Assembly (NCBI GenBank): GCA_000743035.1
Contig: CP008936.1
Span: 1,530,001 to 1,562,000, forward strand
DNA from: Candidatus Paracaedimonas acanthamoebae
GTDB lineage: Bacteria; Pseudomonadota; Alphaproteobacteria; Caedimonadales; Caedimonadaceae
Direction of reading: 5' to 3'
Length of the DNA: 32,000 bases
Positions 24,901-32,000 of this stretch are shown here, in pieces. The notes below the pieces were generated by a model. The model did no database searches. It was not told the DNA's origin and saw only the letters and a program-made list of their open reading frames with translations. Position 1 is the first letter of the stretch; each line of letters opens with the position of its first letter. The position numbers were made by a program, and so were the translations under genes.

Positions 24901-25418
24901 GTGAGCACATCAGGGCAAAAGAGTTATTGGAAGAACATGGTACCGAAAATAATAAGCTTCATAAAAAGTATATTGAACAAGAGTATTCAATCAAAAATGC
25001 TTCCAACCCAAACACCACAAGAACATCTAAAAATGAAACTGATAGTATTGGGATTCGCCAGCCAGCAGAGGAAAAAGACTTTAAGCAACCACTCTCTCTT
25101 CATAAGGTGGCTCAAGAGCCTCAAACGCTAGCAAGTGACAATCTAAAAGTACAACAGCAGCAGCAATTGAAGACAAGAGCAGAGCTAACAGGGCTTGAAA
25201 GAATAAAGTCTCTCATTGATGCTCATAAGCTTACTCGTACAGAAGCAGAGCGAAAACAAACTGAGGCTACTCTCAGGCAGTACGCCCAAGAACTTTACAA
25301 GCAAGATCCAACCTTTAAAAGTATTAGAAATAAAGATGCAGAAATAACTAAGCAGGTTAGAGCCATTCTATTTGAAGGAGAAAGAAACAAGATTAATGAC
25401 AGGGAACATCAGAGATAG
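21966..25418 (+). CDS. traA: Ti-plasmid-type TraA relaxase-helicase (MobA/MobL MOBQ relaxase + RecD-like helicase)
   Basis: The N-terminal reads MALAHGRLKVISRSKRNTVRALAYRTGCKIYDHRTGE with the catalytic Tyr region. The histidine triad region reads KPHCHALM. The helicase domain has Walker A VGYAGAGKTT, Walker B VLILDEAGMVD and a later NIHKSQGVT. Confidence 0.9.
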   Translation: MALAHGRLKVISRSKRNTVRALAYRTGCKIYDHRTGELMTTRKKMHEVQHVELLLPQDAPEWALELRNLIAADRQKGMQKFSDIVEAHEKRKDAQVYREYEFALPREFIDEQGIKLANEFIQDQMCGQGMTVLANFHFDVDEDTGERKPHCHALMLTRRLTEKGLSLKKEVEWNRRSLGAELREQLVAYTNFHLKMYSFDERLDYRSYAERGIELEPQPKRGTNVKAVELREGNNPQDLFSSVASEKAIAFRATKLRNIYRIIRNPDIVIRDIVSKHHATFMWGDVEKVLNRYIDDKDLYKQVEQKLKSSKELVLLRYDTIKHKDGSIEDHSIYTTRTMLESEINLVTLAERLSKEQTHKVDNDKIGIIVHQFDQKLSKYGGLSPDQKKALRHITAPNQLSCIVGYAGAGKTTALEATKEIWEAEGYKVYGLAPTGRAAQNLSQSGISSQTLHKFLYSHKEGRCQYKANSVLILDEAGMVDTERFDEFLQAVDDLKVKAVIVGDGAQLQPVEAGPAFRLVTEKVGMSHLEKVVRQKEAWQQEATKLFGTLKTREALQAYHQKGYVQFIEEKEIPIAELIETRNHFKIVETYNLSRRMVGNIYHSMVEDIKKDNPEEKNPHYYLQSHEDYTLYRKWWDLKEVCARHMKQNLHECRPLMKELGVDPQHFAEQFVDKGMSLREQKLEATHLARLWELPQLNPYQRKHICELRNETKKALIQEWYASFKEDAQKSRLLMTYSKADTAMLNEEARHLMKQDGVVAKEEYLLTIYKEDEDVFGDKIITKEEKYFAKGDRILFMRNNNGLKVRKGTLGVILEINRHKIKAKLDHTGDIVSFAPKLYPYFDQGWAANIHKSQGVTVDRAFLLATHETYRNLAYVGMTRHREWGKIFGSKLDFWREEIFFKRLSSSQEKLSSLDYMKSYDNIILPKQNFKLQEILNRLGNELEAMRFVSKQAWQSIAERFLSKIPEQQEIRISQRSISEHIRAKELLEEHGTENNKLHKKYIEQEYSIKNASNPNTTRTSKNETDSIGIRQPAEEKDFKQPLSLHKVAQEPQTLASDNLKVQQQQQLKTRAELTGLERIKSLIDAHKLTRTEAERKQTEATLRQYAQELYKQDPTFKSIRNKDAEITKQVRAILFEGERNKINDREHQR

Positions 25419-25947
25419 TTCTCATTATAGGTAGTGCTTGCCTTTAATAGCTAACATTAATGGTAGCTTGGGACAATTCGCAGTTGGTTAAAATATATTT
25501 TTCATATATTGCAGCAGTTCATCTTTGATATTATACGCTTGAATTGATGGATCATTAAAAAAACTCATCCAATAAATGAGGTTTTGTTTTCATGTCCCTA
25601 ACAAGATAATTAAATGCTGCTGATGTCTCAGGTAATTTTTTGAAAACATCGATAAGAGAAAGAGTATTCTCTTCTTGTACCCGTCCATATTCTTTAAAAA
25701 ATATGATGCCTACTGAGTATAGTTTATTCACAAGAAATACGGAAAACTACACGATCCCTTGGTACTAAATTTGGGAGCTTTACAAAGCGATCTTTCTTCA
25801 TTCCGTCCCTCTTTTTTTAATTATATCTTCTCGGAGAAACTACACAACTTAATGGAGCTGTTTTAGGGGAGAATTACAAAGGCCAACTTATTCAACACTT
25901 AAAAATCCTAAAACAAATTCGCAATAAAATTAAAAACTGAAGCTCTA

Positions 25948-26211
25948 ATGCAAATCTTTTGGACACTTAGTGCACAATTAGACCTTGAGAATATATTTGA
26001 TTATATTTTCCAACAAAACCCACAAGCCGCTCATAGAATTTATGAAGAAATCCAAACTAAAATAGGTATGCTTTCTGATTCCCCTTACGAGGGAAAGACC
26101 AGTAAAATTTCTAACACAAAAGAATTAGTGTTCTCAGAGCTTCCTTACACCGCTATCTATCGTATACTTCAAGTGGAGATCCAAATTCTTAGGCTGCTAC
26201 ATGGCGCATAA
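25948..26211 (+). CDS. RelE/ParE-family toxin without an intact cognate antitoxin
   Basis: 87 aa. IFWTLSAQLDLENIFDYI...SPYEGK...ELVFSELPYTAIYRI...IQILRLLHGA is a ParE/RelE pattern. The upstream frame (25821-25940) encodes only a start-less fragment ending ...LKILKQIRNKIKN*. Confidence 0.7.
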   Translation: MQIFWTLSAQLDLENIFDYIFQQNPQAAHRIYEEIQTKIGMLSDSPYEGKTSKISNTKELVFSELPYTAIYRILQVEIQILRLLHGA

Positions 26212-26375
26212 CAGCATCCATAAAAGGGCTCTGATGGCTATCAATATACCTGATATGGCTGATAATGTGAAAGGTATAGAAGAGGTCTGCAAGGAATTTA
26301 ATATAAACTATACAGGTTTTATATGTAATTTTGGTCACACCCCTATATTAGGAGACCTATCTGAGGAATTTTAAA

Positions 26376-26951
26376 TTGGATATAGATGAGCCTTATAAGG
26401 CTTCTAGATTTCAAGCAGGAACTAGAAGTAATGAGGGCCTGCTTCCTCAGGAAAGAAATAATAGTGATTCAATTCCCTATAAAAAATATGCACTCATTGG
26501 TGGCGTAGTTGCGGCTGGCGCTGCGATCTTTGTTCACGAGTTATATCAAAATGTTCTTAATATCCCTGAATGTCCTTCACAAGTCTCTAGCAGCTTCTTA
26601 AGGTCTACAATGGAACATATGGAAGATGTAGATGAAAACGCTTGCCTTACGCTCTCTAGAGTACCAGTATCAGCATCGTCTACTCCCGTTCCCTATAGCA
26701 TGCCCGAGCAATTGTTAGGTTATTGCTTTGATGTTACATGCAATGCTACAAAAGAAATGCTGGGAAGTGGCCCCTTTAATCTTACGGATGCATATAATTA
26801 TGTTTCCGGATCTTATTCTACAGCAACATGTACGTATGCCTTTGAAAATGATGATCAAGTGACTGAATGTATTCTAAAAGCTAGCCCATCAGGTATGGAC
26901 TCCTTTATCTTTAAAATAGGTAGAATGATTTCTAGCTATTTTGACTATTAG
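26376..26951 (+). CDS. Hypothetical single-pass membrane protein, Cys-rich ectodomain
   Basis: 191-aa ORF with a non-ATG start in the track and a TM segment YALIGGVVAAGAAIFV. No family recognised. Confidence 0.45.
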   Translation: MDIDEPYKASRFQAGTRSNEGLLPQERNNSDSIPYKKYALIGGVVAAGAAIFVHELYQNVLNIPECPSQVSSSFLRSTMEHMEDVDENACLTLSRVPVSASSTPVPYSMPEQLLGYCFDVTCNATKEMLGSGPFNLTDAYNYVSGSYSTATCTYAFENDDQVTECILKASPSGMDSFIFKIGRMISSYFDY

Positions 26952-27068
26952 TGAGTCTTCTTATTGAACAACTGGCAGCATAATAGGAGCTGCCAGTAAG
27001 CTTTTAAGATTAAAATGGAAGTGTTGCAAGTTTGAGCTAAGGGAGTAAGCTTGAAGGTATAAATAACC

Positions 27069-27505
27069 TTGGATACTACCTATGAAGCCTCACGACTCCG
27101 TTATCGACAATTCTTACCGACTATTATTTTACAGTGTATGCGCTGGTATTTATGGTATCCTCTGAGCTACCGTAATCTAGAAGAAATGATAGCAGAAAGA
27201 GGCGTGGAGGTTGATCATACAACCCTTTATCGCTGGGTCCAGAAGTAGAAAGCTGAGCTTGAGGAATGAATCAGATGGCCTGCACGTACTTTCTGTAGAT
27301 CTTGGCACCTTGATGAGACCTCTCTTAAGGTAAATATCTCTATAGAGCCATTGATAAGCGTGGAGGGACTATAGATTTCATGCTCTCAAGCAAACGTAAT
27401 TATCAAGCAGCCTATCGCTTCCTTAAGAATGCTCTTAAGAAAACAAGAGTCAATGAAAGACCTTTAAAAATTACAATAGATAAGCATCCCTTTTATGACT
27501 CTTTT
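27069..27505 (+). pseudogene. IS6-family transposase, N-terminal two-thirds, with stops and frameshifts
   Basis: LRYRQFLPTIILQCMRWYLWYPLSYRNLEEMIAERGVEVDHTTLYRWVQK*, WHLDETSLKVN, LYRAIDKRGGTIDFMLSSKRNYQAAYRFLKNALK...ITIDKHPFY are spread over different frames. They are colinear with IS26 Tnp26. Confidence 0.75.
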
Positions 27506-27676
27506 AGCAGAGACCAAGCTCTTAAATCCCACCATAAGCTTTGTTCTTCTTTTTATTCTTCTGTGATCTGATTCTATAACGTTGTTAAGATACTGGTTTT
27601 GACGATGCTCAACAGTTGGTTTAATCTGCTTTATCCTTTCGCCTACTACTTTCAATAAATTACTGCTCCAATGCAA
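27464..27676 (-). pseudogene. IS6-family transposase C-terminal third, inverted in place
   Basis: The minus-strand LLKVVGERIKQIKPTVEHRQNQYLNNVIESDHRRIKRRTKLMVGFKSLVSAKRVIKG matches the next segment of IS26 Tnp (LLKREG...VEHRQIKYRNNVIECDHGKLKRII..TLGFKSMKTAYATIKG), but on the opposite strand. Confidence 0.7.
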
Positions 27677-27708
27677 TATAATTTATAAAAAACTTTTTAG
27701 GAGTCAGC

Positions 27709-28668
27709 ATGAGAAATATATTTTTTATAGCAACTCTTTTCCAAGAGATTTTTATTCCTTCATGCATAGCTACTTATGAAAAATATATTGATGAAGAAGG
27801 TAACATCACTGATGGTGTTGCAGCTTACCTAAAGCTTACTGGAATCTATACTAATAGTGATATCTATAAGGAAGAAACTAATCAACCTAAGGCTGCTCTA
27901 ACGATAAATTCCAGAAAACTTCAAGAAGTAGTAAATGCTGTCCAAGGGAAAATAGACCCCAAAATATCTTGGATGATGGAAGGAAAAAGATGGGAGATGT
28001 ATAATCCGCTCCTTACCCCTGCAACTGCTAAGAAAATACTGGAAATTAGTTTGCAAGAACTCAATCTTAAAGAATCTGCTCATGCTCAAAGGAAAGATTA
28101 TAAAGGTATACTATTACTTGGGGCTACAGCAAAGCGGTTTCATGAAAGGATCCTTTTTGCAAACCACCTCCCTGTAAAGGGGATAAACTTTTCTAAAGTT
28201 TATATTCTTACGGGCCAGAGACCTCTTGAAGAGTTTGAAAAAGAACAATTTCCTTTATTAAATGATATAAACGATGAAGGAGACATGACTTTAGCTCTCC
28301 TTAAAAAAGATTCAAATGCAAAGATTCAAGAAAATTACTTTTATATTTACTCAAAAGCTCCTCCTAAATCAACGAGAGCAACAACTGAGAGTACCGTACA
28401 TGAATTTATGAGATCTAATCCAGAACCAGGAGTATATTTAGCAGTTTCCAATGGGTATTTTATTCCCTATCAAGAGCTTGTTATTCAAAACTGCCTTGAT
28501 AAATATTACCCAGGCTCTGGTATACAAGTAGTAGGTGTAGGACCTAACGACGAAGCTACAATAGAAGGAGAGGATGATAGGAAACTCATTAATAGGGCTT
28601 CAATTTTCTTAGATAACTTGTCACGGATTCTTTATAATTTACAATTAAGGGATAAAATAAAAAAATAA
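27709..28668 (+). CDS. Hypothetical secreted protein
   Basis: 319-aa ORF with AGGAG upstream and a hydrophobic N-terminus (MRNIFFIATLFQEIFIPSCIA). No confident family. Confidence 0.6.
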   Translation: MRNIFFIATLFQEIFIPSCIATYEKYIDEEGNITDGVAAYLKLTGIYTNSDIYKEETNQPKAALTINSRKLQEVVNAVQGKIDPKISWMMEGKRWEMYNPLLTPATAKKILEISLQELNLKESAHAQRKDYKGILLLGATAKRFHERILFANHLPVKGINFSKVYILTGQRPLEEFEKEQFPLLNDINDEGDMTLALLKKDSNAKIQENYFYIYSKAPPKSTRATTESTVHEFMRSNPEPGVYLAVSNGYFIPYQELVIQNCLDKYYPGSGIQVVGVGPNDEATIEGEDDRKLINRASIFLDNLSRILYNLQLRDKIKK

Positions 28669-28680
28669 GGAAGGAATTTA

Positions 28681-28701
28681 GAGAAGTTGCAACTTTGAAG
28701 C
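28681..28701 (+). repeat. Solo IS6-type terminal repeat (same orientation as 27017)
   Basis: gagaagttgcaactttgaagc shares the core GTTGCAA(C/G)TTTGA with the other three copies. Confidence 0.6.
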
Positions 28702-28813
28702 TAGAAAAAATAATCCGTTGATTTTATTCATATTACCTATTAAGTAAACACGTTCTATAACAATGACTTAGCAGCCCCATTCATGTATAAAGGTACGGCC
28801 TTGGCTGCTTATT

Positions 28814-29446
28814 TTAAAATGAAACCGTACCTTTTTGCAGTATAGGGGGCTCTTTCTCATATTCTGGTTCGGCAAAGTAGGTTCCCATTAATATCACATG
28901 CTTGTGAGAAAGTAAGGATATGCGAGGCAGCCAACTTTTCTCGATTTTTTCTCCATTTGTCTCGCGTTGACTTATAACTCCCTGCATCTTTATTGTATTC
29001 CAGTACAAAATAGCATTGGAAACCAAGCAGATAACAGAGAGCAAATATATGCTCAGTATAACCAGCTGTATCAGTAGTATGTTCTTTAATCTTTAAGATT
29101 GTATTGTTTTCTAGTATTCCATCAAGGACATATAGGGCTTCTCGTGGTGAGCATGAGATTACTTTTGTATTGTATACTGAGTACTGATTAGAAACATGAG
29201 TGTATAAAATACCTACAGCTTTTTCATAATAACCATAATATCTTGAATAATAAGATGATATGAGGCTGCTTGCTGTAACAGCGAATCGCTGAGCGTCTGA
29301 AGAAGAGATATCACCACGGCCATGAATGAGACTTAAGGGTAAATAAGCATGCTGATTAATAATCTCAGCATTGGCATTCTTAATGGTATTTTCTCTGATA
29401 TTAGTATCACTAATATGGCGCATCATTTCTACAGTAATGTTTGTAA
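28814..29446 (-). pseudogene. Tn3-family transposase, C-terminal fragment, frameshifted and 5' truncated
   Basis: HVSNQYSVYNTKVISCSPREALYVLDGILENN, IKEHTTDTAGYTEHIFALCYLLGF (frame 1) and NAILYWNTIKMQGVI...LSHKHVILMGTYF (frame 2) are hallmark Tn3 TnpA C-terminal blocks. The frame runs directly into the IR at 29447. Confidence 0.75.
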
Positions 29447-29644
29447 GGGTGCTAGGGAGAATCGTCCGTAAATATCCGATAAGAAGAATAAATTATGTAA
29501 AATCAATGGCTTGAAAATTGAATAAAAAAGTGAGAGTCAGTTAAAAATGGCCCCTTTTTCTTTTTTTCTTCTCAATAAATTCAAAGGATTAGCTCTTTAA
29601 GTTATCGCTTACCAGATATTTACGGACGATTCTCCCTAGCACCC
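29447..29644. mobile_element. 198-bp Tn3-derived inverted-repeat miniature element (TIME-like)
   Basis: The 37-nt terminal IRs are gggtgctagggagaatcgtccgtaaatatccgataag (29447-29483) and its inverted partner (29608-29644). They match at 35 of 37 positions. Tn3-type GGG...TAAG ends. The 124-bp AT-rich interior has no ORF. Confidence 0.7.
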
Positions 29645-29674
29645 TATATTTACTTAGCTTACTTGTAATCTTAT

Positions 29675-29693
29675 CTCAAAGTTGCAACAGAAC
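29675..29693 (-). repeat. Solo IS6-type terminal repeat (opposite orientation)
   Basis: The reverse complement gttctgttgcaactttgag closely resembles the IS257/IS431 IR (GGTTCTGTTGCAAAGT). Confidence 0.6.
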
Positions 29694-29718
29694 ATCTTAA
29701 TTAACTTGTTGACAGTTT

Positions 29719-30246
29719 TCACTTGCCTTGAATTCTTTGGCCAGGGCCAAACTTAAGAAATATTGAGAAAGGTCTTAGCTCGGATGATATAGCGCCACCA
29801 GGAGTACTATTTCCGTAAATTTTGTCAAATTTATCCATGTTATCTTTTCTATTTATACCCTTGTAAGCTAATAAAGCATGAGCTTTTGCCTTGGCAATTA
29901 TAAGATCATCACCATGTGTTGTTGCCACATCGTTATCTGTCAATAATATTACTTTTTTTGCAACCTCTGTTGCAATCTCAGGGGACTCCCAAAGCTTCTT
30001 TAAATTTAACTTACAAAACTTATTTACTTTATGGTCATTAAAACAAAATTTATCGCTTGCCGCTTTAAAATGTTGAGAGATGAATTGCGTATTTTTTATG
30101 TCATTTGGAGTTAATCCTCTAAATATCTCATTCATCAATTCATGCGGTAGATCTTCTATCGGGACATGTGACGCATTACATACAAATGAAGATAATAGTA
30201 CATTTGAAATAACTGTAGCAGTTAAAAGATGTTTTTTATAAATCAT
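29719..30246 (-). CDS. F-box-like domain protein with a signal-like N-terminus
   Basis: 175 aa. LPHELMNEIFRGLTPNDIKNTQFISQHFKAAS fits the F-box consensus (LP.E....I...L...D......V.K.W). The hydrophobic N-terminus reads LLTATVISNVLLSSFV. Confidence 0.6.
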   Translation of the reverse strand: MIYKKHLLTATVISNVLLSSFVCNASHVPIEDLPHELMNEIFRGLTPNDIKNTQFISQHFKAASDKFCFNDHKVNKFCKLNLKKLWESPEIATEVAKKVILLTDNDVATTHGDDLIIAKAKAHALLAYKGINRKDNMDKFDKIYGNSTPGGAISSELRPFSIFLKFGPGQRIQGK

Positions 30247-30344
30247 TATTTATCTCCTTAAAATTCTATATTATAGATTCTAACGCTTAACATTTAAGAA
30301 ATTATTAACAGTGATAAGTTTTTCTTAGATAAATTCTATCTTTA

Positions 30345-30365
30345 GTTCAAAGTTGCAACACAACC
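30345..30365 (-). repeat. Solo IS6-type terminal repeat (opposite orientation)
   Basis: The reverse complement ggttgtgttgcaactttgaac has the same core as 28681 and 29675. Confidence 0.6.
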
Positions 30366-30514
30366 AGGTTTTAGACCCTAGCTTTAAGGAGTTCCACAAT
30401 ATGATCCATAACTGGATTTTCATAAACTCTTAAGCATTGTGGGAGGCTATGGCAATATTTGTTGATCCTGCTAAAGTCAATTTAATGGGGCAACGTCAAA
30501 AGCTATAAGGGGGG

Positions 30515-32000
30515 CTAAAGGCTAAGGTTTAAGCTACGTGTTTGAGACCATTGTTCATGCCTCTCCTTTCCTCTGTCTCGAAGGTGGTTAATTTCCTGCA
30601 TCCTTTCTTCTTGGGAGCCATTAAAGAGCTCAGGGTGCTGCTCAAGGAGATAAGCTAAATTAAGGCAAGCAAAGTCATGACCTTTCCTTGTTGCTTTTTC
30701 ATAGTTCAGGAAGGCGCCTTGTAAGTCCCCTTTTCTCTCAAGACAAAACCCTAAGCTATTTTGGGCAGGGGAACATCCTTGCTCTGCAGCGTGGCGATAG
30801 TAGCCTTCAGCTTCTTCAAGATTCCCTTGATGCTCTAACAGGCGTCCTAGATTGAGTTGTGCTTCTGTATGGCCTTGGTTTGCAGCTTGGCGGTAATAAA
30901 ACTCGGCTTGATTCATCTTGCCCTCTATCTCATGATGCAAGGCAAGGGTACATTGGCCTTCGGCATCTCCTTGATGAGCCAGGTGAGACAAAACCTCTAT
31001 GGCTTCACTAAGCTTACCTTGGTGCTCTAAAATGAGACTTAAATCAAACTGAGCATCCGCATCGCCTTGCCTTGCCGCTTCGCGATAAAAGATCTCTGCT
31101 AATCTTAACCATTTATCCCTAAAGAGACTTTTTGCTTTTTGCTCCGCCCATAGATAACAATACTCTGCCATATTGGAAGCTTTAGTCCGGGACATATTCG
31201 GGAAGGATATCATGGCTTGAGGAAGCAAAATAGCCTCTCCTTCACTCCTCTCTGTATAAACATCCTCTAAGCTAACTTCTTGATTAACCCGCCTGAATAA
31301 AGCTGTGATGGGCTCACTGCTTGGAAGGTTAAAAAGTTTCAAGAGATAAAGAGCTTTATAAGGGGCTGCATAAGTTTGGGTAAATTCTATAAATTCTTGG
31401 GAGAACAAGCTTTTCTGTAAAGGAAAGATCGGGGATGTTCTGGCATAAGCTTCAAGTGTGGTTTGTTGATCATTCTCTAATTTTTCTTGAGCGAAGGCCT
31501 CCTGAATCCTTGCGGCTGTGATTTTGCTTTCAAAAAAAAGAGGGAGAAGGGACGAAGTGCCGAGGACCTCTTTAAGAACAGGGGGATTTGTGCAGATCTT
31601 TTCAAGGGCGAGAGGAGAAGCAAAAAACTGTTGGAATAATCCATCTTGGCCCTCTTTGCTGTCTTCCAACTTCTTCCATAAAATAAATAAAGGCTTTGTA
31701 TGAATCTGCTTAGGGAGAGAAAGCCATTCATCATGCGCAATTTGGTGCCATGCCTTACACACCCTTTTGACAGTTTTTAAGTTTTGAAAGCTTAAGGAGT
31801 CAAAAATATGAAGCCAGACTTCATCAGGCAACGGGGTCCCTTCAAGGACTTCTAATAAAGGCTCTTCTGGAGAAGAGGGGAGAGTCCTTTGGCGTTTCTT
31901 CGCAGGTTCAGCAGAATAAGCTTCATCCTCTGTCCTAGACGGCGAAGCTAAAAGGCTTGTGGCCGACAAACTCAAAACAAATATAAACCCTAAAGATTTC
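30515..32000 (-). CDS. F-box + Sel1-repeat (SLR/TPR-like) protein; N-terminus probably beyond the window
   Basis: The F-box reads LPDEVWLHIFDSLSFQNLKTVKRVCKAWHQIA. At least four Sel1 repeats are present (AARQGDADAQFDLSLILE, LAHQGDAEGQCTLALHHE, AANQGHTEAQLNLGRLLE, AAEQGCSPAQNSLGFCLE). The frame stays open upstream of the TTG at 31975 (..KSLGFIFVLSLSATSLLA) to the window edge. Confidence 0.8.
   Translation of the reverse strand, partial: KSLGFIFVLSLSATSLLASPSRTEDEAYSAEPAKKRQRTLPSSPEEPLLEVLEGTPLPDEVWLHIFDSLSFQNLKTVKRVCKAWHQIAHDEWLSLPKQIHTKPLFILWKKLEDSKEGQDGLFQQFFASPLALEKICTNPPVLKEVLGTSSLLPLFFESKITAARIQEAFAQEKLENDQQTTLEAYARTSPIFPLQKSLFSQEFIEFTQTYAAPYKALYLLKLFNLPSSEPITALFRRVNQEVSLEDVYTERSEGEAILLPQAMISFPNMSRTKASNMAEYCYLWAEQKAKSLFRDKWLRLAEIFYREAARQGDADAQFDLSLILEHQGKLSEAIEVLSHLAHQGDAEGQCTLALHHEIEGKMNQAEFYYRQAANQGHTEAQLNLGRLLEHQGNLEEAEGYYRHAAEQGCSPAQNSLGFCLERKGDLQGAFLNYEKATRKGHDFACLNLAYLLEQHPELFNGSQEERMQEINHLRDRGKERHEQWSQTRSLNLSL

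Larger units (their letters stand above)
27017..27680 (+). mobile_element. Decayed IS6-family (IS26/IS257-like) element with a rearranged transposase
   Basis: The terminal repeat ggaagtgttgcaagtttgagc (27017-27037) resembles IS26/IS257 IRs (GG..CTGTTGCAAA). Transposase homology starts about 50 nt inside it. Confidence 0.7.

Noticed and set aside
25140-25180. Gln-run (QQQQQ) and charged low-complexity tail of TraA as a possible repeat feature
   Set aside because: This is ordinary low-complexity C-terminal extension within a continuous ORF. It is not a DNA-level repeat array.
26234-26374. 46-aa plus-strand ORF (MAINIPDMADNVKGIEEVCKEFNINYTGFICNFGHTPILGDLSEEF) between the ParE-like gene and the membrane protein
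   Set aside because: It has no clear Shine-Dalgarno sequence, no paralogue or motif, and cannot be separated from chance in AT-rich DNA. It is worth a look only if transcript or proteomic data exist.
1-32000. CRISPR arrays, tRNA/rRNA/tmRNA genes and integrase/att sites
   Set aside because: No regularly spaced direct repeats, no T-loop-type motifs (GTTCGAATC-like) and no tyrosine or serine recombinase ORF were seen by eye. A tRNAscan or Infernal run would be needed for certainty.

Overview
AT-rich mosaic accessory region. It looks like part of a plasmid or integrative conjugative element from a host-associated, possibly intracellular, bacterium. The taxon cannot be fixed from the sequence alone. 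No rRNA, tRNA or CRISPR array was recognised.

Layout, left to right:
(1) 1-4.3 kb: three secreted or membrane-anchored proteins of unknown function, one with a deaminase-like HxE...CxxC signature, then a Fic-domain protein.
(2) 4.4-8.6 kb: decayed LysR fragments. One LysR gene is split by a 2.78-kb IS982-based composite transposon with a 5-bp target duplication, which carries a secreted 483-aa cargo protein. A truncated umuC remnant follows, abutting a perfect 25-bp palindrome.
(3) 8.6-11.3 kb: SRAP (YedK-like) peptidase, ProQ/FinO RNA chaperone, a hypothetical protein and a TenA-like protein.
(4) 11.3-12.2 kb: about 0.9 kb of hairpin-rich sequence with no credible coding.
(5) 12.2-15.3 kb: the most interesting locus. 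A LysR regulator is followed by two unannotated tandem mini-ORFs (25 and 28 aa) encoding paralogous Cys-containing peptides. The second is translationally coupled to a SagB-type (nitroreductase-fold) dehydrogenase, and an EamA/DMT transporter lies convergent. No YcaO cyclodehydratase is present in the window. This is a candidate undescribed RiPP-like peptide-modification system.
(6) 15.7-25.4 kb: conjugative-element DNA-processing block. A structured non-coding leader is duplicated in front of two plus-strand gene sets, a small GAAW-motif protein with an orphan N6-adenine methyltransferase and a 104-aa protein. The block also holds parDE-recD2, two small TraC/TraD-like genes, a candidate MOBQ-type oriT and a Ti-type TraA relaxase-helicase.
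(7) 25.4-32 kb: an orphan ParE toxin, IS6 and Tn3 debris including a 198-bp Tn3-derived miniature element and four IS6-type terminal repeats, and eukaryote-like F-box and F-box+Sel1-repeat proteins.
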